From Aplysia californica (lineage: Eukaryota): a stretch of DNA of 64,000 nucleotides. The stretch's first letter is position 1; each line of letters begins with the position of its first letter. Below the pieces are notes generated by a model. It worked only from the letters and a program-made list of their open reading frames with translations, searched no databases and was not told the origin of the DNA. Position numbers and translations under genes: made by a program. Below, in pieces: positions 53,001-63,614 of the stretch. The stretch lies in assembly GCF_000002075.1 (NCBI RefSeq), contig NW_004797514.1:262595-326594 (forward strand), in the 5' to 3' direction.

Positions 53001-55785
53001 CTCTACAAATGAAAAACATGATAAACATGGCAAGGTAAAGATAAAACTGGGGAAAATAACAAACCGGCAAAGCTGGCTACCTAATGATGCATGCATAATA
53101 AACCCATGGGGCATATACTGTAAAGAATCATTGATACATGATGCTATTGCTCTCTTCTCTTGATCATTCAGGATTCAGGTTGGATAAAAACATTTTTTAA
53201 TGTCCTCCATTAGCAAACCATGGTCCACTTAGCAACATTACTTCAACTTCAAGAATAACATGACACTTAGTTTTTCCTTGATTCTGGGGAACTAAATAAA
53301 TTGAAAAATGTAATCTTTCTTGTTGAAATTGATATAAAACCACAAGTATGTAGAGCACATACACAGTATTTCCAAGGTTTTTTTTAAAAAGCACATAAAT
53401 ACAGCAAAAGTCATGCAATGCTCAAAGCAAAGCAGGGTGTAGAAAACTAAAACAGAAATAATTTATATGTCAGGAAAGAAGTATGATCTATGAAGGTGTT
53501 TTCTGACCATACACAGACACCAAAAGCAAAATCTTACTTCATTATAAGCCTCTGTTCATGGGAGTACTGGCCACCAGAATTAGTGGCTTGTAAGTGGATG
53601 GCCTCCATGGCTCCATCTATGAATTTCACCTGCTGTTCTGTGGTGGCCTGGGAACAACAGGAAAAAAAAAGGTTACAGTTATAAGCCAAAGACACCAAAG
53701 AACCTGAAAAATTGTTGCTGTCTCATTCTTCTTCTTTTCTTCTGCTCCCGTAGATTTCCATCCGTAGGGTCATCTCTGATAGGTGGCAACAATTCTTCTC
53801 CACTCCTCTCGGCTCTCCGTATTCCTCAGTGTGTCCCGCAGCTTCATGGCTGTTCATTCTCAGATGCTATCATTCCATCTCTCCTTCTATCAGTCTCTCC
53901 TTTGTCCTTCCCGCAGAGTGCCCTTGTTTTAGCAGGGCCTGAGGAACGGGTGACTTGGCCATATCATTTCAAATTGCATTGCTTTACCAATGATAGAAGG
54001 TCAGTGTAAGGCCAGCTAAATTTCTTATATAATGCTCATTTCACTTCTTCATTGGTGACATGGTCTTTGTATGAGATGTTAGTTAAGCAGCTTACAGAAG
54101 CATCTCATCTCAACAGCTAGCTCTTCTTTTTCTTTCAAAGTCTGCTATCTGGGTGCAAGACTCACATGCAAATACTGATGTCACTAGAGAGCGCATGTGT
54201 TGAAGCTTGTGAAACTTTCGAGAATTTGATCTTTGCTGCCTCATTACACTTTCTAAAAGAACTGAAAATCCTGCAATGCAATGTTAATTATACAAACTGA
54301 TAGAACTTCAGACACAGTCACAGTGGATGTGCAGTCGTTCTGGTAAATACAGTAGTCTCCGCCTAAGATCCCGGTGCTCGGGAGCAAGAAAATGCGGGAT
54401 CTTAGGCGAACCGGATCTTAACCGACGAACCCAGTGAAGAATCTATGGTGACCCATGCTAAGGCTCACAATCGGTAAAATGGTCTCCCTCCACTCTAAAA
54501 TGAACTGACGTGACCCCTGGGTGGGATTATGACATTATGGCGAACAAAGAGTGGTTAAAAACCTTGATGACCTATCACAGTGTGATGAGGCATGCCATTT
54601 TCACTTATTATCCTATCCTGAGTCTCAATCAAGATCTACGCTTATCCAGTTGCCCCTCCCCCTTACCTGTGAAAAATTTATAGCTTTCCATCTCTGACCG
54701 AGTCCCCCCCCCCCCCCACCAAAACCGCCTTTGTCATTATAATACACCATCACGTTGTGAATGTGAACACGCCAATTAAAATTCAGTCTGTCTCGCAAAT
54801 TCGGGAGTAGAGACAACTTCTCAGGGAAGAGTTCACAGTTCGATGTGATCCCACCTGGAGCTACCGTGTAGACCTTACTAAACCCACCCAGCGAGTGATG
54901 TAAGTTTAGGGGGAGAGCTCAGGTGTGAGTGCGATGTTCGGGGAAAACGAAAGTGTCGGTCAGTTCACACCCCGGTGTGATCCCGTCTGGGGCAAACATT
55001 GTATCGCTTCATCGAGTTTTACGTGTATGTGATCACATTCACGATAGTGGCTGATCTTTGACGTGACGGACAGTTTATTGATCTCAACTTTTCACTCTTG
55101 GTTGATCGGCTGTCCTGCCCGGGTTTTTATTCCATAAATTGTGATTTAAAATGCGGGATCTTAGCCGAATGTAGACCTTCAGTTCAGAGTGAATCAGAGC
55201 GGGATCTTAGGGGTGACTTTTGTGGGGTAAAAATTCTGTTTTCTTAAAACAGTGGGATCTTAAGGGAACCGGGATCGTAAGCGGTGGGATCTTAGGCGGA
55301 GACTACTGTAGTACGGCAAATTTGTGACACAATGAGAAAAGCTGTTAAAAAAAGACACAAAATAGTATAGTAGTCGAAAAGTACAGGACGAAATCAAAAA
55401 GCCAGTCATCCTATTTAATGCTTTACACACATTGTTTGTCTGTTGTCATCATTTTTATGATCTATACAAGAATCCAGTCGCCTTTTCATTGTGTTCAATT
55501 GAAAAAAAAATAAAACAAACTGAAGTTGAAGAGTCAATGGCAATTCTACTCGCTAATCAGTCACATCGACACAATTACAAATCTTTCAAAACAAACCACT
55601 TTGTATAATTTTACCTCAATCTTTTTGATGTAATTGAAGGGAACAAATCCAATTCCCCCAAAGCCATTTTGAGCCAGAAACCACTGTTCTGATACAGAGG
55701 TGTCAACAAGAGTGAATCGATCACCAGCCTCAAACGACAGGTATTTCGGTAACTGGCTTTTGTAAGCATACAGAGCTCGGTACAT
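43897..55785 (-). CDS. NCKIPSD: NCK-interacting protein with SH3 domain (SPIN90/WISH/DIP), 920 aa, 12 exons: 55615-55785, 53538-53647, 51865-52950, 50794-50998, 50388-50525, 49571-49735, 48651-48737, 47817-47955, 46697-46777, 45828-46043, 44825-45000, 43897-44085
   Basis: N-terminal SH3 (MYRALYAY...LSF..GD...W...G.VP.NY), followed by FIDGAMEAIH, a Ser/Pro-rich middle, DSQQR and a C-terminal SPIN90/Ldb17 region with LLYTNDVEALI. All junctions are GT-AG and phase-consistent; total 2763 nt. Confidence 0.9.
44825..45000 (-). CDS. NCKIPSD: NCKIPSD exon 11
   Basis: EDPTSVLN...NSVILLLTHMYDHPDTSDLLYTNDVEALIGIFEEYLRDLGRDDP. Confidence 0.9.
45250..45405. repeat. Direct duplication of about 50 bp, about 107 bp apart
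   Basis: ATATTTCTCA..GCAA..GCAAC.ACAACTAAATGATG.AACTCTCAC occurs twice. Confidence 0.65.
45828..46043 (-). CDS. NCKIPSD: NCKIPSD exon 10
   Basis: AMDLHFFIWLLGMIEN...AYHLQH...LIESALMFLSKH|gtaagg. Confidence 0.87.
46697..46777 (-). CDS. NCKIPSD: NCKIPSD exon 9
   Basis: DDARFLLVSKTLGIIFMRAKPSPHKLS|gtaagt; phase 1-1. Confidence 0.82.
47817..47955 (-). CDS. NCKIPSD: NCKIPSD exon 8
   Basis: ETRWIIHSCLLLLIEIICRLNPQAILEFLYSELPQELVAEMQQHHN. Confidence 0.87.
48651..48737 (-). CDS. NCKIPSD: NCKIPSD exon 7
   Basis: SNAKHCVSVAAIQKDGYHMVELIAKYYQM|gtaatt. Confidence 0.85.
49571..49735 (-). CDS. NCKIPSD: NCKIPSD exon 6
   Basis: CHSTGRDY...NDSQQRGHYLEDD...SETL|gtaatt. Confidence 0.85.
50388..50525 (-). 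CDS. NCKIPSD: NCKIPSD exon 5
   Basis: FRKMTNLSHEDSHWALMSAMNLLADKVP...AHK|gtgtgt. Confidence 0.85.
50794..50998 (-). CDS. NCKIPSD: NCKIPSD exon 4
   Basis: GSLQLPSSHK...DCEEMIGE|gtgagg. Confidence 0.8.
51865..52950 (-). CDS. NCKIPSD: NCKIPSD exon 3 (1086 nt, Ser/Pro/acidic low-complexity)
   Basis: KLVKHRADVIK...RRPAPAPP...PPPPP...PDGPFFAQ; phase 2-2. Confidence 0.88.
53538..53647 (-). CDS. NCKIPSD: NCKIPSD exon 2
   Basis: ATTEQQVKFIDGAMEAIHLQATNSGGQYSHEQRLIMK; acceptor ttcccag, donor gtaag. Confidence 0.88.
53727..54200 (-). mobile_element. RTE/BovB-like LINE 3' fragment
   Basis: Decayed 3' coding end with an (AAG)n tail at about 53727-53742. Confidence 0.55.
54350..55308. mobile_element. 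Tc1/mariner-pogo-type non-autonomous DNA transposon in NCKIPSD intron 1
   Basis: Perfect 23-bp TIR CAGTAGTCTCCGCCTAAGATCCC, TA TSD at both ends, several subterminal GGGATCTTA repeats, no transposase ORF. Confidence 0.88.
55615..55785 (-). CDS. NCKIPSD: NCKIPSD exon 1 (SH3 domain)
   Basis: MYRALYAYKSQLPKYLSFEAGDRFTLVDTSVSEQWFLAQNGFGGIGFVPFNYIKKIE|gtaaaa. Confidence 0.92.
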
Positions 55786-56592
55786 TTTCAGCTCTCTTGA
55801 TTGAACTTAGAATCACAAACCCTGCATCTGATCACTTTTATCAACGGTGAATGCCCTTGCGTGCTAAAGTCTCTCAATTCCGTTGTAAAAATAAATCAAA
55901 CCCCAAGTCAGAGACAATTCTAATAATTTGTTATTGATACCCGACACAGACAATAACAGACAGTAACAAGACACAGTCAACAGGGTTAAGAAAGGGGCCG
56001 TAACCGTAACTTCTAGGATTTGCTCGTTGTTTATTAATTTCGTTCTTTAGTAATGTTTTCAATCATTTTATTTGTTGTTGCAAACCCTCGTTTGGCCTTA
56101 GCCTTTGTCTCGTGTATACTTCACAAAAGTACACAAAGTTAATAATCGACATTCCACTTTGTTTTTATCGCTCTAATCCAAAGAGTACAGAGTTTGCTTC
56201 TTGCATCAAGCTCATTTAGCCAACTTCAGATGATGCAACTTTGTGTTTTATTCATCGGGAGGTGTCATAAAAATATTTTTATTGATGAATAACAAATCCT
56301 ATATATTCAGTATTATAAGTTTTTTCGTTTTTAAATTGTTTTGATTTATTATGTTTATTTTTCAGGGCTTTGGTTAAAGAACAAACACCAGTTTTCAAAT
56401 CTTATAAATTTCCAAATCAAATACTCAAGGATCCCCTTACAAGGAAGTGAGTGTTCTGACATGCGTGCTTCCACGTTGAGTTACCGGTGATTTCAGCAGA
56501 CCAAGTGTTTGGTTCCGTCTGTTTTCAGCACCAGAGTTCATTGTGTTGTTAGTGATATTTTCGAGTTACAAAGGGGAACAGTTGCTTACACC
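55786..56592. promoter_or_regulatory. Divergent (bidirectional) promoter region between NCKIPSD and SARS1
   Basis: Start codons are about 0.8 kb apart head-to-head; AT-rich core at 56270-56410; ETS-like AGGAAGTG at about 56442. Confidence 0.65.
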
Positions 56593-56728
56593 ATGGTTCT
56601 TGACTTAGACCAATTCCGTACTGATAAGGGTGGCAACCCAGCCAAAATCAGAGAAAACCAAGCAAAGCGTTTCAAAGATGTAACATTGGTTGACAAAGTT
56701 GTTGAGCACGACACAGCATGGAGAAAAT
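56593..56728 (+). CDS. SARS1: SARS1 exon 1
   Basis: Kozak accATGg; donor gtgagt. Confidence 0.95.
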
Positions 56729-59700
56729 GTGAGTAAACTCATTTCTTGAAATCTTGTTTCAATTTTTTACATTACATGAATATGCCACAAAGAGATGAAG
56801 ACGCATGTGTGTTAAATAATGTTGTCTTTCTTTTAAATCTTAGGCTCAGAAAGGCTAAAATCTAGATCTAGATTTTCTAGGCCCTTTTCCTCGTAACTTG
56901 TAAGTATGCAGTTAATTTTGTCATCTAATTTTCGGAAGGACTTCAACTTCAGTAACGACAAAGAGCAACAAGCCCAACAAATTACAAAACAAACACAATA
57001 CGGAGTGTCTACGTGCGCAGTTACCGGTCTCATGGATCTATTCTATTCTCAGTATCTACGTACACGGTAACTGTAGGGTAGGCCTAGGCCCCTACTTAGT
57101 TTTTTGGGAGCCGCTTGAGCTAGAAATCTAGATTTCTAGATCTATGTGCACGGTAACTGCTTCTTCCCCCACTCATCCCTGGACTGGCCCATCACAACGC
57201 CGCACCGCTGACTGCCTGTTTGGAACCCACCTACAGCCGTCCATTGCCCAACCCCCTTTCCCCAGATACAGCTCGCTCAATCTCTTTCACTGTATCCAAG
57301 TTCGGGTCTACCTTGCCCTGCTAAACCCAAGCATAAGTTTACGTAGAAAAAAGGGGATTCCAGTAAAGTCCCGCTGTAGGGGTCAGATGGAGTAGTTGTG
57401 CATCTAGATCTAGATCTACACAAGGTGTCTATGACTATGAACTTGGATAGAGAAAAAAAGGCAGCTGAAATGGCCATTGTCAAACAATACAATGTGGCCT
57501 CACACAATGCCAATGCACTCATTCTCATGGGAGTTCGCACAGTGTACACACAACACGGCGAGTTGCACAACACGATACTTCTATGAAGAACGAGGGTGTA
57601 CCTTCCAGTTACCGAGTACGTAGATGCTCCGAACACAATAAAGAAGAGATCTAACCCTACCCTTACCCTTACCCAAACCCAACCCCTACAATGCCCTACC
57701 CCTACCCTTACCCTTACCCTTACCCCAAACCATAATCCTCTATTTCTATTCTACTCTCTCTCTACTCGGAAGGAATTCCATAATGAGCGACCACTATGAA
57801 ACAGAAAAGTGGAATAGAGGGTTAGAGGTTTGGTTTGGGTTAGGTCTCTTCTGTTAATTAAATCTTTATTTATTGTGTTTGTTGGGGTGGTCGCTCATTA
57901 CGGAAGTACTGTAGGCCTGATCTATTAATTTTTTATTTTGATATAGATGAGTATGAGCATGAAATAATAAACACAGCAGAAATGGAGAAAGGAACAGGCT
58001 AACCTTACTTAATGACAGCTAGACTGCTGGGCTAGCCGTACTTGATAGTGATGGCTGGACTGACAAGCAACAAAAAAAGGCCTACTGAATTGAATTATTG
58101 TATATGTAAATAAATTTTTTGTATGCAATACCTAAAGTATTTGTATTTGAGATGAAACCAAAAGGTGCCTTACTGACAGTGCATGTATATATTTTAAACC
58201 TGAATAACTGAACTACTAATGAGACCTGTGTACTCAACAAGTTTCGGTCAATAGGGCCTAACTTAGATCTTTAAGTAAGGCTAGCTACTTCGATTGAGAA
58301 ATGAATACTCTCTAATGACAATAAATATTACAAGTTATAAAGTAACCTGACTACATCATGTGTGCGATGTGCTGTGCAATATTTCCTACTTTTTCAGTAT
58401 TTGGAAGTTGCTTCTCTGATCTTTTCTGCTACAAAACACTGTCTAGTCTCTTGCCGTTCTGCCTGCTTGTTTTTATTTCGAACCAGGTTTCTATCATGTA
58501 GTCCTATAGACTATTGTTCCAGTCTTGTCTCAGGCACAGGTGGGTCTCCCCGTCCTCTCTTGCCATTTCTACCATTGCTTCCAGAATGTTCCTTGTTTGA
58601 ATCATGACTTTTGATACAGGTGGCTATGCTATGATGAGAGAGAATTTCGTCCTATCATTTTTAACCAACCAATTTTTTACCCAAATTTCCATTTAAAAAA
58701 CATTCAGCCCCTGTTTAACGTAGCACCATAACGTGACAGTATTAAACTGAGCAGAAATTTTCATGCTCGCTGTCCAATAAAAACAAAACAGCAACATTTA
58801 ATCATTTTTTCCCCATGTGTCCCCAGTGCGCTTTAGAGCAGATCTTCTAAACAAGCTAAAAAATGTTTGCAGCAAAGAAATTGGAGAGAAAATGAAGGTA
58901 GGTGCACTTTTTCATGAGTATTGAGTACTCATTAGAATGGACAAGAGTACTTGTATTTGTTGGGTTATGAATTACAAAACAGTGGCAGTGTATTAAATGA
59001 AATATATATATATAGCTAAAACTGTGTTAACACTATCTTCATCGGATTTACAGGTGTAAATTGAAAATGGGACATTCATCATAGTTAATTTTGGATGGTT
59101 GGCAGCTCCCCGGTGTCTCATCTATCTGTCCTGTGACAAAGTTACTTCTTCACCACCCACTGCGTAGGGGGAGTAGAAAAGAATTTTACACTCATGCTTT
59201 TAAATACTAACCCTGTGTCGTGAGACTAAGCCCAATGCTTTAAATGAAGACAAGTTTGTATTTTGTGTGAGTTGATTGAAAGTTATATAGCGTATATTTT
59301 GAATTGCACTTGTACCTTGGACCTATAACAGTTATTATATATAGAGAGAAAAAAACATAAATGGGGAAATGAGATATATGGTATGGTTGTTTGTACAGAT
59401 GGTCATTAGAGCTTACTGGATTGTATTATGATTCTGCCAGTTTGTGTTGGAACTACAGGTCTGTTTATTGGCTTGTTATTTCCTTTATCTTGCAGAAAAA
59501 AGAACCAGTTGGTGATGATGATTCAATTCCTGCTGACATTCTGAGCAACTTAGATGCTCTTACACAGGACAAGCTCAAGGTCTGTCCAAATGCTACCATA
59601 GTCATGTTTAGAAAATGATTTCAGTATCTGCATTTGTATCCTGGAAATTCTGAAGATGAAATCTTACGTTGATTTTTCAGTAACATGTAGAGAACATGGT

Positions 59701-62700
59701 ATCAGTACACAGATATTGTGTTTGTTAGTTAATTTGAAAGATAAGATCGATTTGATGTTAACTTTTTTTCCGTTAGCATGTTTATGTTTGTCTTTTGAGC
59801 GGTTTTATATTGTGTAGAGATCCTGCTTTTATTTTCATTCTTTTTTTTCAGTTAACCCAGACGTTCTTAAAATTAAAATCTAAATGAAATTGTATTTAAT
59901 ATGTAATGTGGTGTCTGAAAGTGATCTAGTGAACCTTTTTATGATTTGAATTGATGACAATTATTCTTGTTTCCTGTCCATATTCAGGAGCTCACTGTGA
60001 CCCAGATCAAAAAAGTTCGGCTCACTCTAGATGACCAGATGAAGGAGAATGATGCTAACCTCTCACAACATGAGACTGACAGGAATGAGGCTCTCAAGGA
60101 AATTGGCAACATGCTCCATGAGTCATGCATTATCAGCAAGGACGAGGTGCTGTTATTTGTTTTTTGTAAGACTGTCTCTTCTTCTGCTTCCTCTTTTTGG
60201 GGGGATATTATCTTTGTTTGGGGATATCGACAAAAAATGTCCACACGTGTTCAATTTATTTCATATGAATTTTAATTCAGGTTATTATTTGTTTTCAGTC
60301 AAGAAATCTTGGTCTTTTCTCATTTTTCCCCACTTTTCCTTTCTACTGTTCTTGGACGATTTAAAAAAAAAACTTTTCTTCACTACATTAATAGAGAGTA
60401 GATATGTATTGCGAAAGATAGAGTTTTGAGTTGAAGACTACAATAACGATCTTTTTTCCCTTGGATTATCTTCAGGTGAACTCTAGTTGTTTTTCCATCT
60501 AAGGATAGAGCTACAGATTATGATAATTTGTTTGCATTTAGAAAAATGTGAAGAATTTGAATTAACAGTATTTATTTGTCAAGCCTTGTGAGTTTTTGAT
60601 AGATACTAAGTTTTCCTCTGAGCCCTCGTAAATATGGGTTTGACATTCATTCTTACAGGATGAAAATGGCATTGAGAGAACGTTTGGGGACATAGAGACC
60701 AAGAAGAAGTACTCCCACGTGGATCTTGTCGTCATGATTGACGGTGCTGACAATGAAAGAGGATCTGTCACTGCTGGCGGGAGAGGTTACTACCTCAAGG
60801 TTTGTATCTTGTTTTACCCCTGTATATCTGAAATCACTCTTCTAAGGAGCAGATTGAGCTCCAGCTGCTTCAGTCAGCTATGTTGTTGATGTCATGGGGG
60901 TTTATGGTGCGGGTCACTTATGTTTCGCATCCCTAATGTAGAACTGCCTAGAACACCCAAAGATTCAATAATACTGTTTTATTTTCATGTATTTGCAATG
61001 CATGTTCTTCTTTGCCATTTGCCACGGTCGTTTTACTAAACAATCTTACTCTACTTGCGTTCTGGATACTCCCAGTATTTTTTCGCACTCTTGTTTTTAT
61101 GTATGAGTTTGAGGAAAACTAATTTTGGTCAAGGAATGATATATGGCTTTCAACTAATATCTTGAAATGGGAGTTAAATTAAGTAGTTCCAATCCTGTAT
61201 ATAACATTACAGTGTTGTTAAAAGGCAATTTTAACCCTTGCCAATCCATACAAATTGGCCAACAGCTGCAGGGTGGGGAGGGGGGAGGGTATGTTCCTAC
61301 CTTGGATGTGTCTTGGGATGGAGCGTGTAGCTGTTGTTCATGCCCTATGTGATCCATCAAAGGAGACGAGAGGGTAACAGGTCAGTTGCTCAATTGCACT
61401 GAGAAAATTGGTGTTATTTGGACTTTGTCCTTGGGTGCAGTTATTTTTCATCTATTTGAGATCTGTGTGATTAAGTTGGACAGATATATTATATCGGTAT
61501 ATCTTTATACACTGGGATCAAAAACAGACTAAACAGTTACAACCAGAACTTGTATAATGCAGTACACAAGATTCCACATCAGCTATTTCTGTTGTTATAA
61601 ACTTTTGTTGTGGATGGTTGGCGGGTGCTCTGGTGTGGTTTGCTTCTTCTTTCCTATCAAACATCTATCGTCCTTATCTCCCCTTCTTCTTTTTTATGTT
61701 TGTTACTCTCTTGTAACACCTCTAATCTTCTGGCGCTCATATGACCTTATGCTGTTGCGAGCGCCTTAAAACCTCAACTAAAAAAAAAAACTTTTGTTCA
61801 GAAAGATCAGCAGCACTGCTACCTGTCTTGGCAAGATCTGAAAAAAATTAAGAATTTTTATGAATTTCAGCGCCCCTTACCTATTGTTATTAACTAATAA
61901 AGATTTTTCTTTCATTTCTCCTCTGCAGGGCCCCCTTGTGTTCTTGGAACAAGCTCTGATCAATCATGCCATGATGTTGTTGCATGACAAGGGTTACACC
62001 CCTTTGTACACACCTTTCTTCATGAGGAAACAAGTAATGCAAGAAGTAGCTCAGCTGTCACAGTTTGATGAAGAGCTGTACAAGGTAATTACTGGGTATA
62101 TATATCTCAGCTTTATGAGAACTGCGAGGACAAACGGAATCTTTGTTGTTCAAGATTATTGCTAATATTTTCTCTTTCTGTTAGGTGCTCATTTTGGGGG
62201 TGACTAGAGTTAATTTCTGGGTCAGTGATCTTTATGAACATGCAGGCTTTCAAATCTTAAACATTTAGTGTGATGTTGTAGACTAATTTTGCAAGTTCTC
62301 TTTTTGACTAAATCCAATAGCATTGTTGTGAGTGGTCTTTCAACATTTTGCCTTAAATTGACATAGACATGAGTATGTGCCAAATTCCCTACCAACTCTT
62401 TTCTTTGAGGTAAATGTGCTTGAAGTCTTTGGTAGGCCGATTACATACTTCAAACTTTTGTCGAGGTGATTAACTTAACCACTGGTCCCTTTCGCCATTC
62501 TCTAGCAGGCGTATTTTTAAGAAGTCTACTTTTAATACTTTTATTTTTATGAATTTTTAATTAATGGGCGTGAATTTTTCTGAAAAATTTACGGAAACTT
62601 GACAGATACAATTAGATTCACAATATCAAATATAAAAGTTCAAAGTGTTTTGTTTTGATGTGTGTGCATGTGTGAATGTTTTCTGAAAAAATAAAAGCTG

Positions 62701-63614
62701 GGTCGTGTGTTGATGAAGACGCATTCACTGAATTTTACATGAGGCAGATGTTGAGCGCAAGATGGTGTTTTCATAGTTCTAACGCACCACAACTAGTGCT
62801 TGCTCTAGCCCTAGAAGTACGACTCAGGGCTGGTTCAGATACATATCCAGGGTGTGACCACAGACACATCATATTCTGAGTCACTAGAACTTGCAAAATG
62901 AACAGATGCATTTAAAAACTACGAAAATATTTGATATTTAATGTGACAAGTCAGTTGAACTTTAGTTGATGTAACTGTCCTTCACCTTCAATTGCTAAGA
63001 ACTTGCCACGCGACCTCTGCCAAACTCGGCACGAAATAAGTAGTAAAACTTGCGCTGGGGTCCGTTTCCCTTTATGTAATGGGAGCACAATTTTCGGAAA
63101 ACATCTGCAACGTCCTTGCTGTCGGGGGTATGAGATCCTTGCCAGCGAACCGGCCACCGGTCCTGTACCTGTGACAGGAAGAATTGTAGTTAATGAGTTA
63201 AAGCAGCTTCACTGTGACAGGGCTTTCTACAAACATTATACTGGGGGCAGTTGCTCATTCTTTGTGCATGGATAAGGACAGTTGTTTTTTTTCTAATACC
63301 AAATAGACAAATGACTGGATGTTTTGTGGACAGAATAACAAACTTTTCTTTCTATATTTATGTGTTTTCTTTGTAAATGTTATTTCTCCAAGGTTGTGGG
63401 AAAGGGCGGAGACAAAAAGGATGAGAGTGACCAAGATGAAAAGTACCTGATTGCAACCTCGGAGCAGCCCATTGCTGCGTTCCATCGTGATGAATGGATA
63501 GCCACAGAACAGCTTCCCATCAGATACATGGGATACTCTACGTGTTTTAGGCAAGAGGCTGGATCGCATGGAAGAGATACTCGGGGTATCTTCCGTGTGC
63601 ATCAATTTGAAAAG
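56593..63614 (+). CDS. SARS1: Serine--tRNA ligase, cytoplasmic; exons 56593-56728, 58827-58897, 59496-59579, 59988-60146, 60659-60799, 61929-62084, 63393-63614; continues beyond the right edge
   Basis: [16 protein letters not shown]...[27 protein letters not shown]...IGNMLHES...YSHVDLV...[17 protein letters not shown]...TPFFM...[17 protein letters not shown]...YLIATSEQP...[26 protein letters not shown] (class II aaRS motif 2); phases consistent. Confidence 0.97.
57651..57730. repeat. Degenerate (ACCCTT/ACCCTA)n telomere-like hexamer tract
   Basis: ctaaccctacccttacccttaccc...cccttacccttaccc. Confidence 0.7.
58827..58897 (+). CDS. SARS1: SARS1 exon 2
   Basis: [24 protein letters not shown]. 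Confidence 0.95.
59496..59579 (+). CDS. SARS1: SARS1 exon 3
   Basis: [28 protein letters not shown]. Confidence 0.93.
59988..60146 (+). CDS. SARS1: SARS1 exon 4
   Basis: [11 protein letters not shown]...[16 protein letters not shown]. Confidence 0.95.
60659..60799 (+). CDS. SARS1: SARS1 exon 5
   Basis: [47 protein letters not shown]. Confidence 0.95.
61610..61787 (+). mobile_element. Headless SINE-like family A (about 175 bp)
   Basis: 11-bp TSD AAACTTTTGTT; A-rich tail; several other copies in the window. Confidence 0.8.
61929..62084 (+). CDS. SARS1: SARS1 exon 6
   Basis: [15 protein letters not shown]...[25 protein letters not shown]. Confidence 0.96.
63393..63614 (+). CDS. SARS1: SARS1 exon 7
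   Basis: VVGKGG...[18 protein letters not shown]...[24 protein letters not shown]|gtgagt. Confidence 0.96.

Noticed and set aside
52951-53114. N-terminal part of the 417-aa ORF
   Set aside because: Intronic polypyrimidine read-through; the exon starts at the acceptor at 52950.
56509-56592. Upstream in-frame extension of SARS1
   Set aside because: Non-ATG start; the conserved MVLDLD begins at a good Kozak ATG at 56593.
57651-57730. True interstitial telomere
   Set aside because: Short, mostly TAAGGG rather than TTAGGG, and embedded in an inverted-repeat element.
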